From Heterodontus francisci (Eukaryota), in contig NW_027140825.1 in NCBI RefSeq assembly GCF_036365525.1, positions 682,001 to 746,000 of the forward strand: a stretch of 64,000 bases of DNA, written 5' to 3'. The notes beneath the pieces were generated by a model. It had not been told where the DNA came from. It did not search any database and was given only the letters and a program-made list of their open reading frames with translations. The position numbers and the translations under genes were made by a program. The first letter of the stretch is position 1. Each line of letters opens with the position of its first letter. Shown here piece by piece: positions 37,084 through 49,791 of this stretch.

Positions 37084-37608
37084 CACGGTGATAAAATCCA
37101 ATGCAACCTCCGTACAAAAACCTCACTCTGCACACCTGGTGGAGGATGAGCAGAAGAGCAGTGACAACAGAGTAAACGAGTCAACATGACCCTGGATTAT
37201 AACGGGAACTGGGCCCTTTTCATTATAAAGTTGTCTCAGAATGGTCCAGCTTTATAACCTAGAATGTTCCTCTGGAAAAGAGAATAACTGTGTGTCATTT
37301 GTGTGGAAACTGGTTACTCTTTAACCCTTAAACCCCACCCTGGTGTCCAGGGACCAATATTGATCCCTCAACCAACATCACAAAGAATAATCTGCTCATT
37401 AATCTCACTGCTGTTTGATGGGACTTCCTTGGTACAATATCAGTTGCTGCGTCTCCCTGTGGTGACCACTTCCTAAACAAACTGCTTCATTGGCTGTAAG
37501 CTGCTTTGTGTGTCCTGATTGTCTTGACCAGTGCTTCCTAAATGCTGAGCAGGTCACTTTTAGCAATCTGTTTCTGACCGGGTTGATGTAACGTGATCTG
37601 CTGACGTG

Positions 37609-37659
37609 CTACCAACACACCACTCAACTTCGGGACCGGTACCAAACTGACGGTGTTAG
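37609..37659 (+). CDS. TRBJ: J1.1 TNTPLNFGTGTKLTVL
   Basis: FGXG motif, GTAAG donor, 12-RSS GGTTGATGT / TGACGTG 37602-37608. Confidence 0.9.
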
Positions 37660-37901
37660 GTAAGATAATGGGGCGTTTTTTCCCCCACTCCCTTCATGTC
37701 CAGCTGTTTGCATTCCAAGCTTATTCCCCCCAACCCTCCGCGGGCGGTTTAAAAAGTCAGGCTGATGGCACTCGCCCTTCTTTCTGGTTTGCAAAGACCA
37801 GTCCAATATGACCCTGGCCTCTAAACCACCCCATCCTGTCTCGTTCAGTTACAAGGGGAACATCTCCCGGGTCTGTTCATGACTGAGTTTAGAGCATCGT
37901 G

Positions 37902-37949
37902 CAACAGACATAGCTGACTTCGGCGATGGGACCAAGTTGACAGTGTTGG
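37902..37949 (+). CDS. TRBJ: J1.2 TDIADFGDGTKLTVL
   Basis: FGXG, GTAAG donor, weak RSS (heptamer CATCGTG 37895-37901). Confidence 0.85.
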
Positions 37950-38612
37950 GTAAGGCGACTATGTATTTCTGTTCCTCCTATCCATCAGAATCTATGTTTA
38001 CATGCGGTTAAAAAATCACCAGGAGTAATGTTCAGATATTAGATACATAAAGGGGTTATATCATGAGGACTGGTTACTCAGACTAAGCTGACAGTCCCTC
38101 GAATATCGAACATTAAGGGCTGATATAATGGAGGGGTTTGAGGTGTTGGATAGATAGAGAGAGAAACTGCTTCCTCAGGTTGGTGAGGGTGGGGGTGGGG
38201 GGGGGGAAGGTTCCCAGAACAGTTTAAATTATCACCTTTCGGGGATGATATCAGGAAGCACTTCTTCACACAAAGGGTAGTGGAAATCAGGAACTCTCTC
38301 CCCCTCTTCATCTTCCCAAAACAATCTGTTGAGACTGGGGGTCAATTGTTAAATTCATATCCAAGATTGATAGAGCTGTGTAAAACAGAAGTATTGAGGG
38401 TTACAGAACAAAGACAGGATGATGGAGTGAAGATTCAGATCAACCCTGATCTAACTGAATGGTGGAACAGGCTCCAAGGGCTGAACGGCCACCTTCTGTC
38501 CCCATGTTTCTACGGCCTTCACCGGTCATTGACATGATATAAATTTCAATGGAACAGACTTAACAATCTAGAGGCATTGAGGGGGATTTTGTGACAGCCC
38601 CATACCAGTGTG

Positions 38613-38662
38613 CTCCTATAGCGAAGCATATTTCGGAGATGGGACCAAACTGGTGGTTTTAG
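38613..38662 (+). CDS. TRBJ: J1.3 SYSEAYFGDGTKLVVL
   Basis: FGXG, GTGAG donor, heptamer CAGTGTG 38606-38612, nonamer-like GGATTTTGT upstream. Confidence 0.92.
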
Positions 38663-40170
38663 GTGAGTGAATGCATTCCTAATACTGGAAAAGTTGATTC
38701 AATTTGGGAATTCACGTGAGGTGGTCGAGGGAGTGAAACCATAAGAATTTGGTGAATTTGTATCGTCTCTTCAGGTTACGAAGGGAGACCTGCAACTGTC
38801 GAATTCGTTTCACTGTAGGGAAGGGGTTTGAGTGGATACATAAGGGAGGGTCTCTAAAAGAAACAGAACGAACAGCAATGTAGATACAAATAGAATGATT
38901 GCGCTTGTGAGAGAAGAACAAGAGGACACAGGCATAGAACGAAAAATGTCAGATTGCATCGTTCAGTATGCAGTTCTGGTCTGCATATTATAAAATAAAT
39001 GATGTAGAGGCTCTGGATAAGGTAAATCAGAACAGATTAACAACTGTGCTGCCCAAACTGGGAAGTTGTAACTATTGGGGAATGTCGGACAGACTGGGGC
39101 TCCTTTCTCGAGAGCAGTGAAGTTTGAGGGGTGACCTGGTCGAGGTCTGCACGATTTTGAAAGCGGGTTCGATAGGGTAGACACACGGAAGTTTTTTCCA
39201 CTTGTGGGGAGACCAGAACGGGGGGATCATAAATGTCAGATAGTCAGTAATAAATTCAATGGGGAATTCAGGAGAAATTTCTTTACCCAGACAGTGGTGC
39301 GAATGTGGAACTCACTACCACAAGGAGTGGGTTTAAAAAAGTAGATTGGATAAAAAAAAATGGATTAAATGAAGGGGATGAGAGGAGTCTCAATGGAGTG
39401 CAAACACTGGAATGGAGCAGATGGGCTGAATGGCCTGTTTGTGTGTTGTAAATTCTATGTAATTCTATATATTCCCTCTTGGCCTCGAGCAGCAATGGAT
39501 GAAACCATTTTGAGACACACTATTTTCAAGTTACTAATCGAACTGGTGAGCTGTCCATATCCAGTGGACAATGAGGTGTCAAGGGCCTCATGACCTTTCC
39601 TCATTCACCAGGATAATACCGGTATTAAAAGAATTTAATTTCTGACGATGTGTTGTTTAAAGTAGGGTTGCAGTAAATTGAGAATTGGAGATTCAGGAGT
39701 GATCCAATTGATGTGTTTAAGATAATGATAGGATCTGATATTTCCTCTGGTGTGATGGGTCCAGAACAAGAGAGCAAAACCTTAAACTGATAGCTAGACC
39801 ATTCAGGAATGATGTCAAGAAGGACTTGTTTACAAAATGCCCCGTGGAATCCAGAAATCTCTCCCACAGAAAGCTGAGGGGGTCAATTGAAAATTTCAAA
39901 TGTGTGGTTGATTATTTTTTGATCGGCAAAGATGCTAAAGGTTATGGAACCAAGAAGGCAGGTCGAAGGCGTTAAGGTACAAATGATTAATAATCTAATT
40001 AAATGTCGGAATAAGCACGAAGGGCTGAATGGTCTACTCCTGTTCCCCAGTTGCTATGTTCCTTTGGACAAAAGTTCCTTATACTTGTCGGTTCTCCCTT
40101 ATTATGAGGGGCTCCTTTGGAAAAGGACTCAAAGACAGGTGATGTTTTAATACATGAGTTTATCATTGTG

Positions 40171-40220
40171 CTCTGGTGAGATTTATTATTTCGGAGCTGG
40201 GACGAAACTCACTGTTTTAG
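40171..40220 (+). CDS. TRBJ: J1.4 SGEIYYFGAGTKLTVL
   Basis: FGXG, GTAAG donor, CATTGTG 40164-40170, 12 bp, TGTTTTAAT. Confidence 0.92.
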
Positions 40221-40431
40221 GTAAGATTATGTTTGCACATGTAGATATTTATATATGTAAACATCTCTTTTCATCTGTAAGTCTTTCTATTTCTTTATCT
40301 ATCAATGTACCTATCTATTTGTTGGTCTGTGGATCCATCTGTCTGTCTGTTTGTCCATCTATCTATCTATTTGTCTGTCCATAGATCTGTCTACCCATCG
40401 TTGTATTTTGGTATTGTTGTTTAGTTCAGTG

Positions 40432-40488
40432 CGGGCGGGTATACCAACCTGCTACATTTTGGGGACGGGTCCACGTTGACGATTTTGG
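40432..40488 (+). CDS. TRBJ: J1.5 GGYTNLLHFGDGSTLTIL
   Basis: FGXG, GTGAG donor, degenerate RSS (TTCAGTG / TATTTTGGT); 5' boundary approximate. Confidence 0.8.
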
Positions 40489-40832
40489 GTGAGTTCAGTT
40501 TCTTTGTTTTCAATGAAGCAAGGGTCACCTGTAAACATCTTGCAAGAAGGATTGAATGAATAATTGGGAGGGACTTAGAGAAAATCTCCTATTGTCAGGA
40601 CTGCCACGGTGGATAACTGACTAAAAGGTCCACATTTAGACGGGGCAGGCAGTCTTGGGAATTCTGAGAGTTATAACTGCAAACTGCCTGGTTAGTCCAC
40701 GAGTTTACATTAACTTACAGTTAGCTTGCGTTAACCAGAGGTCACTATCAAATATTAAGGAATGGCCCAGTGAGTTTCTTTTCTTCCAGAAGAGAGTTGG
40801 GGAATGTTTTTGTGATGTGAGGTGATGATGTG

Positions 40833-40890
40833 GGAGCAGGGAGTATTCAACCTATGTATTTTGGAGATGGCACTAAATTAACTGTCCAGG
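40833..40890 (+). CDS. TRBJ: J1.6 GAGSIQPMYFGDGTKLTVQ
   Basis: FGXG, GTAAG donor, TGTTTTTGT 40805-40813, 12 bp, TGATGTG. Confidence 0.9.
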
Positions 40891-41630
40891 GTAAGTGAGA
40901 TGTTAGTCAAAATACGTCTCTTACTAGCATTGAAAACGTCGACTAGTTTACTCTCTTCAATTTAAAGAAAGGCGAGAGAATGTGAAAACAGGCAAAAGAG
41001 TAAGCATTGCATTGAAGAAGCAAGAATGTAAATAGCTAAATGTAGGAGATTGGAGGAGGGCTGGTGAGAGAGGAATTTGCAACCAGAGATCATGGCTGAT
41101 CTGATGTTGGCCTCGATCCCTCTTTCCTACCTGTTCTCCATAATCCTTGGCTCCGCTCTCTATCTCAGTTTGAATGCATTCACGGGCTCAGTCTCCACAG
41201 CGCTCTGGAGGAGGGAATTCCAAAGATTCACGACTCCCTGATGGAAGACATTCCTTCTCCACTCCGTCCTAAATGAGCGACCCCTCATTCTGAAACTGTG
41301 CCCTTTAATTCTACATGGGAACATTCTCTCAGCCTTTACCCTGTCAAGCGCCCTCAGAATCTTAGAATTTCCCAGAAGATCATCTCCCATTCTTCTTAAC
41401 TCCAGATGGAGAGCAAACATCAGACAAAACTGGAGGGAGATGGGAAATTAGATTTAAAACAGTGAAAAAGAGACAGAGACAAGGAGATCAATTGTAACAG
41501 AATATAAGATAAAGAGCAATAGGGTGGAATAATGAATATAACACAAGGCAAAATGTTCCAACTATGTTCATTAACTATTGTGTATCGAGTTGAAGAAACG
41601 CGAGTTCTGATACAAAAGTGTAACATTGCG

Positions 41631-41682
41631 TCAGGCAACGATGGTTATACTTTTGGGGGTAATTCAAAACTCATGGTTTTAG
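41631..41682 (+). pseudogene. TRBJ: J1.7 SGNDGYTFGGNSKLMVL (open but probably non-functional)
   Basis: FGGN instead of FGXG; heptamer CATTGCG has lost the essential GTG; donor intact; paralog of J2.7. Confidence 0.75.
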
Positions 41683-43901
41683 GTAAGTGAGATAGAATCG
41701 AATTAGCTCTTTAAAGGAAAGTGGAATCAGAGGGATGTCTAGTTGAAATTTAAAATTATTCAAACCTAGTTGTGGATCTGAGGACCTTATATAGAAACAT
41801 ACACCTTGTATTTGTGTTCAGACTCCATGCATTACTTCCGAGCCCCATATGGAATATTTCCTGAAACAAACTAGAGACGTATTGTGCATGTGGAAATCGA
41901 CATGTGATAAGTACCTTGGATATCAGAGGTTGAATGGCCTAATCCAGTCCCTAATGTAGCTAAATCGGCGTAATGCGAGTTGATGATAGGAGTGAGGTAC
42001 AGGGACAAATACGTGACAATCAAGAAATTTAGAATAAAGAGTTGAGGAAGCTGGAAAGTACCTTCGTTAAAGAAGGATTGACGAGGAGTTGAGCAAGGGA
42101 GTTAAGCTGAACCTCGATGAATCGCTGGTTAGGTCCCAGCTGGAGAATTGTGGGTGTCACATGTTAGGATGGATGTCAAGGCCTTAGAGTGGTTGCACGA
42201 ATGATTTATTCGACTGGTTCCAGCGATGAGGGTCTTCAGTTGCGTCTAGAGACTAGAGCAGAGAAAGTTAAGGGGGGATTTGACAGAGGTGTCCAAAGCA
42301 ATGAAGGCTTTGGACACAGTACATGCTCAGAAACAATTTCCAATGCTCGAAGCGTTGGTAAACAAAGGGCACAGAGTTAAGGTAATTGACAAAATAAACA
42401 GGGGTGATATGAAGAATAAAACAATTATGCGGTGTGTTGTTATCTGGAATGCGCTGCCTGAAAGGGTGGTGCAAACAGACTCAATACTAACTTTCAAAAG
42501 GGGGACTGGACAATTACTTGAAGGGGAAATTATTTCTACTGGTGGATGGGTCAATAAACAAAGGTCAGATATTTAAAATCATTGACAAAAGATCTACAAG
42601 GACAATTACTAGATTCCTTTTCACTCAGAGTTGTCAGAATTTGGGACACTCTAACTGAAGCAGAATGCTGACTCTATGTTTAAATAGAAGTTACAGGAAC
42701 ATAGGATCATCGGTACACAGGAGCAGGAGTAGTCCATTCGGCCCCTCGAGTCTGTTCTGCCAATCAATGCGATCATGACTGATCAGTGACCTAACTCTAT
42801 ATACCCCCATTGCCCCATAATCCCTTAATAGCTGTGGTTAACAACAATCTATCAATTTGAGATTTAAAATTGACAATTGTTCCAGCAGAAGAGAGTTCCA
42901 AACTTCTACCATCCTTTATGTGAAAAGATGTTTTCTAATTTCATGCCTGAAAAGTTCTGGCTCTAATTCTTAAACTCTGTCCCGGAGATCTAGACTGCAC
43001 AACCAATGGAGATCGTTTCTCTCCATCTACATCATGCATTCCCCTTAATATCTTGAAAACTTTGCTCAAACCACCCTTTAACCTTCTCTTTTCCAAAGAA
43101 TAGGAAATGTCGAATCTTTCCTTGCAATTTAACCCTTGGCGTCCAAGAATCAGTCTGTTTAATCTACACTACACTTCCCCCAAGACCAGCATATCCTTCC
43201 TAATGTCTGGTGCCCATAAATGCTCAGAGGAACTCCAGATGTGGTGTAACCAGGGCTTTGTATAGCTGAAACACGACTTCTACTTCATTCTACCTATTAA
43301 CTATTTTGCTTTACTCGTAACTGCTTTCTGAAATAGCCACGCAGTTGTCAAGGGCAACTAGGGATGGGTAACAAATGCTGGCCTTGTCAGTGACGCCCAC
43401 ATCCCATGAATGAGCTAAAAAAAATGGCCTCAACCTCCTCCAGCCCCATACAACCCTCCCTATCCCTGTAACCTCATCCAGCCCCCTACCACCCTCTCTA
43501 TGTCTGTAACCACCTCCAGCCCCCTACCACCCTCCCTATTTCTGTAACCTCCTCCAGCCTCTACAACACTCCCTATCTCTGTAACCTCCTCCAGCCTCTA
43601 CAACTCTCCGAGATCTTTGTGATCCTGAAATTCTGGACTGTCCGATTTTCATCGATCCACCATTGAGAGCTGTGCACGTAACCACTCAGCTCTGCACCTT
43701 TCTTTCCATCCACCTTGACGATACTAACATACATGTTCCTTTTGCATGTCGGAACCCACTGGAAGGGCTGAACAGTCTATTTTTGTTCCCGTGCTGCTGT
43801 CAGCCAATGTTCCTGTACTTGTATGTTCTCCATTGTTGTGAAAGGCTCTCTTGGGATAGAACCACAGAGAGGTGTGAGGTTTTATTCAGGGAGTTAGCTT
43901 T

Positions 43902-43946
43902 TGCTCTGCTGATATTAATACTTCGGAACTGGATCTAAGATTTAGG
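43902..43946 (+). pseudogene. TRBJ: J1.8 relic (J4-like)
   Basis: gatattaatacttcggaactggatctaag...tttag aligns to J2.4 with deletions; heptamer and donor destroyed; flanks homologous to ~49370-49640. Confidence 0.65.
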
Positions 43947-44104
43947 CAATATCCCATCTACATAAATGTGCAAATATCCATTGTTCGATCGATCCACAAT
44001 GTATCTGTGCATCCATCCATGTGTTTAGATATCGATACATTACTTGCTTGAGGCTGTACCTGTCTACCCAACGCTGTGTTTTGGTACTGTTGTTTAGTAT
44101 AGTG

Positions 44105-44161
44105 TAGGCGGGAACGCCCAGCCTCTACATTTTGGGGAAGGCTCGACTCTAACAGTTTTGG
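44105..44161 (+). CDS. TRBJ: J1.9 GGNAQPLHFGEGSTLTVL (J5-like)
   Basis: FGXG, TGTTTTGGT 44077-44085, 12 bp, TATAGTG; weak GTGTGT donor. Confidence 0.75.
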
Positions 44162-44682
44162 GTGTGTTAGATGTTTATTCGATTAAGCCAGGATGGCTGG
44201 GTTCCTATTGCCTGTGTCATGCAGATGTTCCGTCCATGGATCTCTGCTCCTTTACTCCAGCAGGAGAGATGAGAATGACAAGGGAAGAACGTAGGTAAGG
44301 CGGTTTCCCGTTACTTTAGTCAGACCAAGACGATAGCCGAACCCCTGCTGTTGACCTTGCTCTGAATCACACGTGAGCCATCTCGCTAACCGAACTAATC
44401 GGTCCCCATCCTGCATGCACAACTTACTTAATAATTATGACGAACTCCAAGTAAAATTGTCCAGTATTGTCAGAGCTGTATCTGTGGACATCTGACTAAC
44501 TGGTCCATACATTGATGCAGAGCCAGTATTGGGAATGTTTCCAGTGTTAATTGCCAACAACCCCGGTTAGTTTATGAGTTTACTTTGGCCAATGACACTC
44601 AAAGGCCAATATCAAATATTAATGATCGGGACAATGCAAATTAGCAGGACGCTATTGAGGAATGTTGTGACATGGTGATGTG

Positions 44683-44740
44683 GGAGCAGGAAGTAACCAT
44701 CCATCATATTTTGTAGATGCCACGAAGTTAACGTTCCTGG
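44683..44740 (+). pseudogene. TRBJ: J1.10 GAGSNHPSYFVDATKLTFL (J6-like)
   Basis: FVDA replaces FGDG; RSS nonamer removed by a small deletion relative to J2.6. Confidence 0.75.
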
Positions 44741-46367
44741 GTGAGTAGAATATTGGTCGAAATATATCAGTGGGCTCAATCAGCACTGAAACTGTTGGGC
44801 AGTTTGCTCCCTTCCGTTTGAAGAAAGGGGAGAGAACATGAAATTTGGAAAATTAAACAGTAAGCATTGCAGTAAAGCAGCAAAGGTTAAAACAATTAAA
44901 CATAGAGGAAAGGCGAGGTGGAGAGTGGAAGAAGGCTAGGGAGGCAACCATATACAGAGAGACACAGATTGGGAGCAAAATACAGACAAAAATGAACAGG
45001 AAAAGTCATTGTTAATTCGTGCTGGGATGCATTTATTGCCCACCCACAATTGACTTCTGAGTGGTTTGCTAGGCCATGATTTTATTTTTGTCATGGGATG
45101 TTTGCACCGCTGGAAAGGCCAGCATTTGTTGCCCATCCCTAATGGCCCTTGAACTGAGTGCTTTGCAATTTCAGAGGGCAGTTAACAGTCAACTGCATGC
45201 TGCAGGTTTGGAGTCCCATATAGGATGGTAGATGGGTTTTTACGACAATCAACGACAGTTTCATGGCACCCTGACAGATTTTTATAAATCGGTTCAATTT
45301 AAATCCCATCTGCGGCCATTTGAATTCACACAACCAGAACACTAGCCCGGGCTGCTGGATTACAGGCCCAGCAACATTATCATTTTGCTGGCGTCACGCC
45401 TGCGTTCAATGTGTTTTAGGTATTTCCACAGTGTTGTTAAGGAAGGAGTTCCTTTTTTGACCCATTTTCTCAGAGGGCGGATTATTCATTTTCAAACATT
45501 GCTCGAATCCCCCGAGAAATGTGTCATGAAGCCAGTGGTGATACTGAACACGAGCCTCCTCTCCCCACCCCCACTACACCATCTAAACTTCTATTCCTTT
45601 CTCCCTCATGTCAGGTGCATGGCGATGGGGGTTGGTGTGCAATGAGATCTGCAGGAATGATAACAGCACCGCACACATCAACACGACACCTGGGAAACTT
45701 GCACTAGTTTGGCAGATATGGGTCTCTCTGAGTGATAAGATAAGAGATAGCAGTGTGAACGATTTACTGTCTAGAGTAAGTGGCTTCTGTTTGAGGTCCC
45801 GTGGCCGGTATGTCCTGAGGTCCTGCACGTTGTAGAAGGTAGAATGTGGGTTATGAAGCGGGTAAGTGATGGGGGAAGGGGAAGGGGAGAAGGGGTGCAA
45901 CAGAGAGATGGAATGGAGAGAGAGAAAGCAAGAGAGAAAGCAAGCAAGAAAAAAAAGCATGAAAGGAAGGAAGGGAGGAAGGACGGAAGGACGGAAGGGA
46001 AGGAAGGAAGGAAGGAAGTAGAGGAAAGGAAGGAGGCTTGAGTGGATGAATGGGCCTGTTCCTGTGTAAGCAGCTCAAGAGGGGCTGAATGGGATTCCTC
46101 TTCTTCCTGTATAACAAGGTCTAGAGGGGCTGAATGGCCTCCTGCTGCACCTGTGTAGCAGGCTGACAAGGGGCGGAATGGCCACCTCCTGTTCCTGCTA
46201 ACAGTTTTGAGACGGAATGAACGGCCTTTAATTATGGTCCAAAGGACTAAAAAACTTTCAGCAGCTCAATCGAAACTGACTTCACCAAGTGAAGCCCTCG
46301 GGAGTCTTTGAAGAAGCAGGGCCTTGCAAAATTCGCGTTCTTTTTTGTATGAGTGTCTATCACCGTG

Positions 46368-46380
46368 GGGACAGGGGGGA
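46368..46380 (+). CDS. TRBD: TCR beta D segment D2 (GGGACAGGGGGGA)
   Basis: 5' 12-RSS: CTTTTTTGT 46340-46348, CACCGTG 46361-46367. 3' 23-RSS: CACTGTG 46381-46387, ACAAAAACC 46411-46419. Core nearly identical to the widely conserved Dbeta GGGACAGGGGGC. Confidence 0.96.
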
Positions 46381-46900
46381 CACTGTGATAGAATCCAATG
46401 CAGCCTCCGTACAAAAACCTCGCTCTACACACCTCGAGGAAGATCAGCAGAAGAGCAGTGGCAACAGAGTAAACGAATAAACATCTCCTCTGGATTATGG
46501 CGGGAGCTGGGCCCTTTCAATCTTGTAGATGCCTCAGAATGGTCCAGCTTTATAACCTAGAGCATTCCTCTGGAAAAGAGAATAACTGTGTTATTTGTGT
46601 GAAAACTGGTTACTCTTCTACCCCTGAAACACCACCCCGGTGTCTTGGGACCAATATTGATGCTCAACCAACATCACAATGATCTGCTCATTAATCTCAC
46701 TGCTGTTTGATGGGACTTCCTTGGTCCAATATCAGTTGCTCTGTCTCCCTGTGGTGACCACTTCCTAAACAAACTGCTTCATTGGCTGTAAGCTGCTTTG
46801 TGTGTCCTGATTGTCTTGACCAGTGCTTCCTAAATGCTGAGCAGGTCACTTTTAGCAAACTGTTTTCGACCGGGTTCGTGTAACATGATTTGCTGATGTG

Positions 46901-46951
46901 CGACAACAGCACCACTCAATTTCGGGACCGGCACCAAACTGACGGTGTTAG
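46901..46951 (+). CDS. TRBJ: J2.1 TTAPLNFGTGTKLTVL
   Basis: FGXG, GTAAG donor, GGTTCGTGT, 12 bp, TGATGTG. Confidence 0.9.
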
Positions 46952-47310
46952 GTAAGATAAAGGGGTCTTTTGTTCTCTCTACCTTCATGTCTAGCTGTGT
47001 GCATTCCAAGCTTACTGCCCCCCCCCCTCCTCCCCGGACAGTTTAACGAGTTAGGCAGCCGGTTAGATCTGTCTCATGACCGCCGAGAATTGCCCCTAAT
47101 TTCCCTCCTGCCACAAGCATCCGTTTGTCACTTTGGCGCGGTGTTTCTCTCCCCGGGACGACACTGGCCCTTCCTTCTGGTTCGCAAAGACCAGTCCAAC
47201 GGGACGCCCGCTTGGTGATGTGTTCCACGGTAAACCGCCCGGCACAGACCCGTTCAGCTGCAAGGGTAACAGTTCCCGGGCCAGTTCATGACTGGGTTTA
47301 GGCCACTGTG

Positions 47311-47358
47311 CAGGAAACATAGCTTACTTCGGCGACGGGACCAAGTTAACAGTTTTCG
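47311..47358 (+). CDS. TRBJ: J2.2 GNIAYFGDGTKLTVF
   Basis: FGXG, GTAAG donor, CACTGTG 47304-47310. Confidence 0.92.
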
Positions 47359-47938
47359 GTAAGGGACTCTGTTCTTCCTATCAGATCAACATCTAGGTTT
47401 ATATGCGGGGAGTAAGTTCAGATATTAGATGCAGAAAGGGGTTAAATCATGAGGACTTGGTTACTCAGACTAAGCTGACAGTCCCTTGAATCGAGATCAT
47501 TAAAGGGTCTGATATAATCGAGGTGCTTGAGGTGTTGGATCGATAGAGAGAAACTGCTTCTTCAGGTTGGGGGGAGTCCAGAACAATTTAAATTCGAGCC
47601 GTTCAGGGGTGATATCAGGAACTCTCCCCGCACCCCCCACAACAAAATAATATGCTGTTGAGGCTGGGCATCGATTGATAAGTTCAAATTCAAGATTGTT
47701 AGATTTTTGTTAAACAGAAGTATTGACAGTTACAGAACCAAGGTGGGATGATGGAGTTAAGATTCAGAACAACCCTGATCTAACTGCATGGTGGAAGAGG
47801 CTCGAAGGGCTGAACAGCCACCTCCTGTCCCCCTGTTCCAACACCCTTTACGGGCCATTGAAACAGTCAGAACTTCAATGGAATAGACTTAACAATCTAG
47901 ACTAGAGGGGGATTTTGCGACAGCCCCATACCATTGTG

Positions 47939-47988
47939 TAATGCTAGAGAAGCATATTTCGGAGATGGGACCAAACTGGTGGTTTTAG
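47939..47988 (+). CDS. TRBJ: J2.3 NAREAYFGDGTKLVVL
   Basis: FGXG, GTGAG donor, CATTGTG 47932-47938. Confidence 0.92.
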
Positions 47989-49529
47989 GTGAGTGAATGC
48001 ATTCCTAATGCTGGAAAAGTTAATTCAATTTGGGAATTCACGTGGGGTGGTCCAGGGAGTGAAAATATGGGAATTTGGTGAATTGATTTCGACTCTTGAG
48101 CTGCCAAAGGGAGACCTACAACTGCTGAATTCACGTCACTGGATGGAAAGGGGTTTGAGTGGGGACATAAGGTAGGGTCTCTAAAATAAACAGTGTAAAC
48201 AGCAATTGCAGCTGCAAATGAGAACAGAACAAGAGGACACAGGCACAGAACGAAAACTGTCAGATTCAATTCTTCAGTATGCCGTTATGGACTGCATATG
48301 ATTAAAAAAGCAGAGGCTCTGGATAGAGCAAAACAAAACATATTTACAAGTGAGCTCCCAAAACTGAGAGAATATAACCACAGGAAAGAATGAAGAGGCT
48401 GGTGCTGTTTTCTCTAGAAAAGAGAAGGCTGAAGGGAATAACCTGATCGAGGTATTTAAAATTATGACAGAGGCAAGATGATTCTACTTGTTGGGGAGAC
48501 CAGAACCAGGGGACCATCAATATAAGACAGTTACTAATAAATCCAATATGGAATTCAGGAGAAGCCTTTTCAACCAGAGAGTGGCGAGAATGTGGACCTC
48601 GCTACCACAGGGAGTGGGCTGAGGCGAATAGCAGAGATGTATTTAAGAGGGAAGCTGGATAAACATATGGGGGAGAAAGGAATAAAAGGACCTATTGATG
48701 GGGTGAGATGAAGAGGGTGTGAGAAGGATAATGTGTAGCATTTAATCGGCTAGGATGTAGTGGGCTGAATGGCCTGGTTCGGTGCTGAAGTGTCGATATG
48801 ATTTGATGTATTCCCCATTAACCTGAAGCGTTTAAATGGATGAGAAATATCAAAAGGGATTTTTTAAATTTGTGAATGGAGACTGGGTGTAGAATGCACA
48901 TTGAACGGCCTGGGAAACGTGAGCTGAAAGTCCAGGGCAGATTGCGAATGATCTTTCCTCATTTACCAGAATCATGCCGGAATTAAATTGTGGGGGCAGG
49001 TTGCTTAGAGATGTTGAGCATTGGAGATTAAGGATTGATCCAACTGATGTGTTTAAGATAATGAGAGGATTCGATAGGGCAGATAGAGCTGCAATTTACG
49101 CGGGTGTCAGAGCCCAGAACAAGGGTGAGGGTGGAGGGGAGCATTAGCTTAACATTAAAGCTTGGCCGTTCAGGGGTGATGCCAGAAAGGACATAACTGA
49201 ACAAACGGTGGTGGAAATCTGGGCCTCTCTCCCCTATGAAACTGCTGAGGCCACAGGGTCAATTGTCACTTCCCAATCTGAGAATAATAGAGCCTTGTTA
49301 GGAAAAGGGTTTGGAACACAAACAGGCTGATGGGGTTACAATACAGATGAGTCATGACCTCACTGAATGTCAGAACAAGCTCGATGGGCTGAATGGCCTA
49401 CTCCAGCGACAGCATTTCTATGTTCCTTTGTGCCAATACTCCTGGAGGTTCTTTCTAGTTGTGAAAGGCTCCTTCAGGACATGAATCAGAGAGAGGTGAG
49501 AGGTTTTGATGCAGGGATTTAGCTCTGTG

Positions 49530-49579
49530 CTCTTCTGATATTTACTACTTCGGAGCTGGTACCAAGTTAACTGTTTTAG
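49530..49579 (+). CDS. TRBJ: J2.4 SSDIYYFGAGTKLTVL
   Basis: FGXG, GTACG donor, GGTTTTGAT, 12 bp, CTCTGTG. Confidence 0.92.
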
Positions 49580-49734
49580 GTACGTTACCGTCTATATAAA
49601 CATCTATTGTTCCATCATCCATAATGTATCGGTCTGTGTATCCATCTTTATGTTTATCTATCGACATAGCTACTTTTCTGTCGGTGTATATGTCTATCCA
49701 AAGGTGTGTTTTGGTAATGTTGTTTAGTATAGTG

Positions 49735-49791
49735 CAGGCGGGAGCTACCAGCCTTTACATTTTGGAGAACGTTCGGCTCTAATAGTATTGG
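49735..49791 (+). CDS. TRBJ: J2.5 GGSYQPLHFGERSALIVL (non-canonical FGER, open)
   Basis: Paralog of J1.5/J1.9; TATAGTG heptamer; GTGAG donor; second Gly lost. Confidence 0.7.

Noticed and set aside
41700-46300. A first C gene between the J clusters
   Set aside because: Only CR1/SINE debris and J relics; no C1-domain motifs seen.
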